From: Octopus bimaculoides
Taxonomy: Eukaryota
Direction: 5' to 3'
NCBI RefSeq assembly: GCF_001194135.2
Contig: NC_068993.1
Location: 11,480,497 to 11,538,500, forward strand
DNA: 58,004 nt
Positions 50,689 through 58,004 of the stretch are shown piece by piece; position 1 is the first letter of the stretch, and every line of letters begins with the position of its first letter. Position numbers and translations under genes: made by a program. The notes beneath the pieces are model-generated. The model did no database searches and was not told the origin of the DNA. It worked only from the letters and a program-made list of their open reading frames with translations.

Positions 50689-51264
50689 TTATATAGGCAT
50701 CACTGATTATGTGACATACGCTTTTGTAAAACCTCTCTACTGTGATTTGTCTCTAAATTTTAGAGTATCGAGGTTTACACACATGATTCTCCTTTAACAA
50801 ATAATGAGTGAATATTTACGTCCCTCTTTTATTTGGTAAGATAACGTTATGAACGAATGTCACTCATGAGGTAATGCATTGAGAACTAATTTATCTAACG
50901 TATAAACATAGTATATGATCCATACCGAAGTATAAAACATGTTTGTTTCATACTGTGTCATCAACCATTGCTACGCCACGTATTTTCAAAACATATTTAA
51001 CACTCAACAGCTTCGTCTTCCTAATTCTATGTCACAGTTAGAGGGTTAAATCTTCACTCATGGAAGTAAAAATAACAGTGTAAAATTGAGCAATGCATTA
51101 TTAGCTTACTTTTTGCTCTTAAAATAATTCACAGACGTGTATGTCAGCGAATATCTTAATACCATTACAATTATCTCTCCTCCAAAACAATTATTAGTAT
51201 TTATTTCAGCTACGTGGTAAGAGTTGGAAAGTTTAAAAAAATGTGAGTGGTATACAGTATCGTG

Positions 51265-53085
51265 TATAAAAGTCAACGTGTATTATTTAACATCGAATTT
51301 CTATTAATCGAAGAATAAATACCCTCCTGATGATGAACGTCAGAAAACGGAACAATGGCAAATGTCACAAGAGCGAAGTAGGTGTTTATATCGCAATGAT
51401 TGAAAGGTATTTGAACTAGAGAAAATCCTGAAGATTTTATACTGAAAGAGTTAATACTAGCAAGGAAGACCATTTGATCACAATTTGAAATACTATTTCA
51501 TCACGGCTTTTTGATACTGCTTATGATAGTCTTCGGAGTACCCTCTGTACTATACTAGGTAAGTGTCAGTTATATATCGGAATTATAATTCCTGTCTTTT
51601 TTTCTCCGATTTGAAAGTATAATAAGTATGATCGGCCATAAGAGATATATAAACTTTGAAAACTGACATCTCCGTTTTAGTGAAATGTTAAAAGAAATAT
51701 TGTAATGTATTAATGAAACCGTACTTTGCTTTCCAGCGAAGAGGTTTGACGTTGATTAAGAAAGTTGTTGCATTTGGAATATCAATACGTTTTGTCCTTT
51801 TTTCAGTATCAAATTTCCTTTATTTATTTATTGCTTAGAGGAAAGGCTATAAACCGAAATAATTGCAAGACATATGGAACTAATAATTGGAAATACAGCA
51901 ACTGGGAATCATATGAGCTACACATGGGTCACTCAATAGAAGATTCTCTTTCCCTTGTTCTACACTGAATAAACGTTCAACTATTCCGGTATCAAATCAA
52001 GGCAGCTACAATAGCAGCAACAACAACTAAACCAAATTGTTCATAAGTTATAATAGTTAGATTACAGAGAAAATATTTCATTCCACCTGTCTGTCTAGAT
52101 GGGTTTCGATTTCCAGCTTTTTTAAATATTTTTACAGAAAATGTTGTAAATAAATGTTACTATTTTGCCAAAAATATCAATAGAACAAGCGTAGGGATAC
52201 TACGTATACGTGATATAATCACTAGTAATTACAAATTTATGCAAGTCACTTACCTTAAGATCTGCTTCTCGTGAAGTTTTAGATTTTACTTACAACAAAA
52301 TACGCCATTGAAAACTGAAGAAATACGGGAGGATACCTTTCATATAGAAACAGTTATTGTAAAACGGTTCTATTAAATGTATATCGTTTACCAATCGATA
52401 TAACTGAAACAACACATGGTAAAATATACTGGTGTTCATTTTCTTCAAATCCCAATTATATAATTTAAAAAGTGAGGAAACTGTGAAGCGAGCTTTCCTT
52501 AGTGTCGACGTAGACACTTTTTGCAAAGTGAGAAGGATATCCAATAACACCTATAAAAGTCAACGTGTATTATTTAACGTAAAGTACTGTTTACCGATGA
52601 ATAAATATTTACGTGTTGATGAACGCCACAAGATAGGAAACAATGGAAAATTTCACAGGAGCGAAGTAGGTATGTTTAGTGCAATGATTGAACGCTATCT
52701 GAACAAAAGAAAATCCTGAAAATTTTAAGTTGAAACAGTTAATACTAGCAAGGACAACCATTTGATAAAAATTTGAAATGCTATTTCCTTATTACGTTTT
52801 GATACGACATATGATAGTTTCTGGAGCTACAGGTGCACTGAAGGATTTCTAGTAACAAATGAAATTCATATCCGTGTACAAAACTAGTGCATTAACCAAA
52901 GGAAAGTTTAAGTTATGTATCAAGACGATAATTTCTGTCTTTTTTCTCAGTTTCGAAGACATAAGAAGTATGATCACCCACAAAAGATATAATCTCTGCA
53001 AACTGACATCTCCGTTATAGTAAAATGTCAAATCAAATATTGTAAAATATTAATGCACTCGTACTTTTTTCTAGCGAAGAGGTTT
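51265..53085. repeat. Diverged direct duplication of a ~0.5-kb unit (51265-51747 and 52552-53085)
   Basis: Collinear shared blocks: tataaaagtcaacgtgtattatttaac, gagcgaagtaggt, gcaatgattgaa, gaaaatcctgaa, gttaatactagcaagga, ctgtctttttt, aagtatgatc, aactgacatctccgtt, agcgaagaggttt. About 70% identity by eye; copy 2 carries a ~50-bp insertion. Confidence 0.85.
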
Positions 53086-53089
53086 CAGA

Positions 53090-53215
53090 TCGGTTCCCCT
53101 AGTGGAGAGGATTGGCCTACAAGACTTCTGTGCTGCAGCTACGTAAAATTCACTCGTAGCGGTGCCACATAAAAGTACCCATGCAGTGCCAAGTAAAAAC
53201 CAAAGAAAACACCCA
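53090..53215 (+). mobile_element. Degenerate SINE fragment
   Basis: ...gcggtgccacataaaagtaccc... resembles the body of an octopus SINE, recognised from memory. Confidence 0.4.
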
Positions 53216-54204
53216 ACCTTGTACAAGAGAGAGAAGTAGCTTAAAAGGCATTCTATTTATGATTCAGTACACTTCTCATGCATGTCTGACAACAGTATTC
53301 AATATGTCTTTCTGTTTCTTTTCTTGTCTTGCATTGTTATGAAGTATTGCAGCATGTAAAATGCCAATAATCTTCCTGATACTTTTACCATCTCCATGCA
53401 TCCCATTTAGAATACAAATTGCGATTAATTTTGTCCCGGTGTAAGATAAATTTTGGATAATGCGTACAGAAATATAGATTTCAAAATATTTTCGATTTAG
53501 AGGTTACTATTTTTACAAAAATTATACTACATTCTGTAAATTAGCACGCTATATATTTTCAGTTTAAATTACTCCCAGTATATGAATGATAAATATTGTG
53601 TCGATATTCGATCAAGCAAAGAAAATTCTTATGTGGCGAAATTGAAATTGAGAACATTAAGTGACATAACGACGTTCTTTCATTTGATGCCCTTCAATTG
53701 CTTTATAATATTAATATTACACACTCGCTGTACATGTTTCAATTGTTCGTTGTGGGTTAATTTCAGCAAAAGAGATATTCAATTTGCTGCAATACATTTG
53801 TGGCAAATAAGAGCCATGTTTGTCTTTCATGAATATGAGGTCATTAAAATAACTGTTTGGCATTGATTGGGATCGATGGAAACACTATAAATGTGTGACT
53901 TTGTGAAAGCGTTGAAAATCAATATTTTTAACGAAATAAATTACATAATTTCTAACACATCTAACTGAAGATTATTTGTAAACCAATAAATAATATAATT
54001 AAAGAAAAAATAACAACTCATGAACATGGCGCTACAGAATGAAGAAAACAATAAACGCATAAACTGAACGATCCAAACCGAGGTGACGATTACATTTGAT
54101 GTTACAACAACGATATTTACTGACATGAAAAATAATATCTTAATTAATAACAAACAGTATTTTATGAATGAAAGCTGAATATTTATATTGATTTTTTTCT
54201 TCAG

Positions 54205-54244
54205 ACCTCGTTCATGACAGAACCAGCAGACCAAATATTTCCCG
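54205..54244 (+). CDS. Candidate 40-nt plus-strand exon
   Basis: ttgattttttcttcAG|ACCTCG...TTCCCG|GTAATT. Two frames open (TSFMTEPADQIFP or xLVHDRTSRPNIS). Confidence 0.25.
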
Positions 54245-55264
54245 GTAATTAAATACATCCCTTTATGGTGTGATTGTAGCATTATTTGAAAGCAGCATTA
54301 TTTGGTCGCAAGCGATATATAATCTTACCTTTTCTATGTAGTGTCATAATTTTAACAGCAATGGATCATGTTACCGTTATCTTTGGTATGGTAATTATTT
54401 CAGGTATACACTCGTTGCTCAAATCATAAGTAACGTCTGTTGTAGTGATAAAGAAATGTTGCTGCAAATGTTATCATGTGTATATAACAACATCTTTGTT
54501 GGAGTCATATAGATATATATTTGTAGTCTCGAATATGGACACATATATTTACGAGATACACAATGTAATATACCAGGTATTCCATTTAAGCGGATTTTGC
54601 ATTCAGATGGATTTTTGATCCTTTGATTATGCTTGAAACCAATTTAAATCAAGTATCTTAGACAATTTTCAGAAATAAAGTGAGAAAAAGGCAAAGACCT
54701 TAATGTGAGAGCAAGATGAATATATACCTCAATGCATAATGTCTGGCATACTAATATACATTCGCTAATTTTCACTGAAATTAACAGTAATACATGCGGA
54801 AAAAGCCTAGATATACCAAAATATAGTAAACGATTTCATTAGAGTTACCCGATATCCCATTTAATCCATACAAAGCTGACAGCCTTAAGCATTAAGGAAT
54901 TATATATTATCAAGAATTGGCGCCACTTTAACGTAAAACAGCCAAAATCAACGTTGGTTAAATTAATATTTAAAATCTTTGGGGAGATTGTTTAGGGCAC
55001 AAATACTAAGAAGTAGGCGCCAAATCCATTTTACATACTGTATTAGCAATCACAAGGTCAATATCTAGTCTTAGACCATTGTGGAGTATGTATCATTCGA
55101 TTTAATGGAACAATATTTAAATCCAAAATCCATAATGGCTTCACCTCATTCGAACCACAAACACCACCAACACCATCCGCCAGGGAGGGGAAATATATAC
55201 ACAAACTGTGCCAGTTAAAGTATTATGTGGTTGCATAGGATATTTCTACGTTATCTAATGCGTG

Positions 55265-55349
<85 letters not shown>

Positions 55350-55660
55350 ACATATACATAGAATCGTAGTTTGCCATGCAAAATAATATAAAGTCAGTTT
55401 ATATCGAAGACATACATTAAAATCTGTTTTCTGACACGCGGTTGTCAAAAGAATAAATGGTGCTCAACTTAAGCTGCTTCGTAATGTTTGTAAAACTGAC
55501 TTAATATATAAGTAGGTCTATTTATGTTTACATTTCTTTAAAATCTTTGTAAATTTTGGGTTTTAAACAGAATTGTGGAGTCGATTCAACTATGCATACA
55601 TAGTTACATACTCACAAACATGCATAGGTACACACACAAACGTACACACACGAACGCACA

Positions 55661-55713
<53 letters not shown>

Positions 55714-55785
55714 GTGTATATATATATATATATATACGTATATACATATACATGCATATATATATGTACATATATATACATACAT

Positions 55786-55822
<37 letters not shown>

Positions 55823-57059
55823 ACACACACACACACACACACACACGTATTTATATAAAATATAGATGCATTTTCAATCTTAAAGTTAAAATAATAATTG
55901 TTTTTCTTTATATATACGCGTAACGTGTATTTGTCAAGAGATTAGGCGGAAAACAGGTTGTTTAAAGGTGGGAAAAATGAAAACAGCAGTGTATTTTTGT
56001 ACAAGGAGGAATGGGCTAAAATGTTTTTGATGTTCATTCCTTGTAAATATTATTTATTTCCATAGTTCTTCGGTGTGTTTTCAACTGAACGACAAAAGCA
56101 AGCTCAGGTGCCTTAGTCGCGGCTGCTTACTGCTTTGTTTTATAGTTTTCTGTAGTGTTCAAGGGAAACAACCGAGTGTGCAAGTAATGTTTGTAAAGGG
56201 TATTCCATATATTTTGCTTGATTTGATATAATCTAGATTTTTGTTATCATTTGATTTAAATATATTTTAACTCTGCCACGACACCTTTTTTTCATTTTTG
56301 CTGATATTTCGCTCATTTTGGTTTTCTGTATTTCCAGTTTCGTTGTAATAGGGTCTCTATTTCTTTAAGAAAAAATAAATTCATCCTACTGCATAAAACA
56401 ACGCTCAAAGTATATTTCTTTTTACGTATACTTTTTAACGTANNNNNNNNNNNNNNNNNNNNNNNNNNNNNNNNNNNNNNNNNNNNNNNNNNNNNNNNNN
56501 NNNNNNNNNNNNNNNNNNNNNNNNNNNNNNNNNNNNNNNNNNNNNNNNNNNNNNNNNNNNNNNNNNNNNNNNNNNNNNNNNNNNNNNNNNNNNNNNNNNN
56601 NNNNNNNNNNNNNNNNNNNNNNNNNNNNNNNNNNNNNNNNNNNNNNNNNNNNNNNNNNNNNNNNNNNNNNNNNNNNNNNNNNNNNNNNNNNNNNNNNNNN
56701 NNNNNNNNNNNNNNNNNNNNNNNNNNNNNNNNNNNNNNNNNNNNNNNNNNNNNNNNNNNNNNNNNNNNNNNNNNNNNNNNNNNNNNNNNNNNNNNNNNNN
56801 NNNNNNNNNNNNNNNNNNNNNNNNNNNNNNNNNNNNNNNNNNNNNNNNNNNNNNNNNNNNNNNNNNNNNNNNNNNNNNNNNNNNNNNNNNNNNNNNNNNN
56901 NNNNNNNNNNNNNNNNNNNNNNNNNNNNNNNNNNNNNNNNNNNNNNNNNNNNNNNNNNNNNNNNNNNNNNNNNNNNNNNNNNNNNNNNNNNNNNNNNNNN
57001 NNNNNNNNNNNNNNNNNNNNNNNNNNNNNNNNNNNNNNNNNNNNNNNNNNNNNNNNNNN

Positions 57060-57094
<35 letters not shown>

Positions 57095-57849
57095 GTATAT
57101 GTATACTTTTATTCTTTTATTTGTTTGTGTTATGTCCTCAGCTTGAATGTATGATAAGACATTATTTAGCGTTTGTGTTACTATATTTAACATACTCCTA
57201 TCTGCTCTTCTCATATTCATGGGGATTCTTTCGTGAGTGGTCGTTGAATTTCAAGCAATTCATTATATTGTTGGTTCATTTCCGCTGCATGTCCAACCGC
57301 CACAGCATCAGGGTTCCCTGCATAACGTTCCTTTTCCTCATCCTTAACAACCCCATTACGATTCCTCGTTCCTCCTGTCTACTCTTCACCCTACTTTCAA
57401 TTCCTATCTCTCTGTTTTCAACTCCGACTACCATTTGTAGTACATCCGCAGTGTCTCTCAGACCCCCTAAACCGAGGTATTTCTACTCCAGTTAAGTAAC
57501 CCTTCCTCCTAACCACGCTCACTTGTTTCATTAGTTTATTTTCTGACATTGCACACGCGTCCTTTTCCATCCAATGTTTCGAGGTCTACTTCGAGAATTC
57601 TTTCCAGTTTTGCTCTTTCATGACATTCAATAAGTGTATTGTACTCTTCCTTCGTCTACTTATGTCAGTTTTTGCGCACACCCTCTGTGTTATCTGTTCT
57701 GACATAATGACCGTCCCAGGCCAGATCACTGCGCCTGATGCGGGTTTCGGAAGTCCCCGGCGGGAAACCTTCACGAAGATCGGCTATAGCTTCATTCTGA
57801 CCGTAAATTCTTTCCTTGTTTTGTTGCATCATGATTTCATGAATCGTTC

Positions 57850-57915
<66 letters not shown>
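57850..57915. repeat. (TAT)n microsatellite
   Basis: Direct reading; the source of the poly-Tyr ORF artefact. Confidence 0.97.
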
Positions 57916-57916
<1 letters not shown>

Positions 57917-58004
57917 ATGGATAAATCCATCGTCGATTTTGAGAAAGTTTGAAAATTAAATTGTTTTGAAGTTTTTCGCCACGCCATGGCGCTATGCCTT
58001 AACA

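Noticed and set aside
51325-51350. CTGATGA-tga-acg-tca-GAAA hammerhead-like string
   Set aside because: No G10.1-C11.1 pair, only a 3-bp stem, no stem III/NUH, and it is not conserved in the duplicate copy.
53941-54282. 113-aa hydrophobic minus ORF
   Set aside because: Composition is explained by AT/T-richness; no start context or homology cue.
833-57220. Long ORFs in the supplied track rich in X or YI/HT/CV/YM repeats
   Set aside because: They are translations of N-gaps and (TA)n/(CA)n/(TATG)n microsatellites, not genes.
57730-57775. cctgatgcgggtttcgg...gggaaacc hairpin considered as a hammerhead
   Set aside because: The core is CTGATGC (A9 lost) and the spacing to GAAA does not fit; probably a repeat terminus.
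1-58004. CRISPR arrays, rRNA, intact tRNA genes, prokaryotic operons
   Set aside because: None seen. The sequence is eukaryotic, and the tRNA-like motifs are SINE heads without complete cloverleafs.

Overview
AT-rich (~32-35% GC by eye), microsatellite- and gap-riddled animal genomic DNA. It is most likely from an octopus or other coleoid cephalopod; this is inferred from tRNA-derived SINE families, Penelope-like tails and (TA/CA/TATC)n density, not from a search. Almost all ORFs in the supplied track are artefacts of microsatellites and N-gaps. The best-supported features are decayed transposons: three mariner relics (one internally deleted with both TIRs), a LINE RT fragment, several Penelope-like relics with hammerhead-ribozyme-like cores, and more than a dozen SINE copies or fragments. 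A set of short exon-like segments with canonical splice sites lies mainly on the minus strand (about 47.0, 40.2, 36.8, 36.2, 33.7, 29.4, 18.5, 12.0 and 7.6 kb). They may belong to one or two unidentified secreted or membrane-anchored protein genes; I cannot name them and the exon chaining is unverified. The most notable observations are: minimal Penelope-type hammerhead motifs sharing an extra-A core; a splice-bounded exon candidate with a single in-frame UGA; a 253-bp duplication that has lost the duplicated splice acceptor; a ~370-bp foldback; an A-B-A'-B' template-switch scar; and a diverged ~0.5-kb tandem duplication. No rRNA, bona fide tRNA or CRISPR array is seen.
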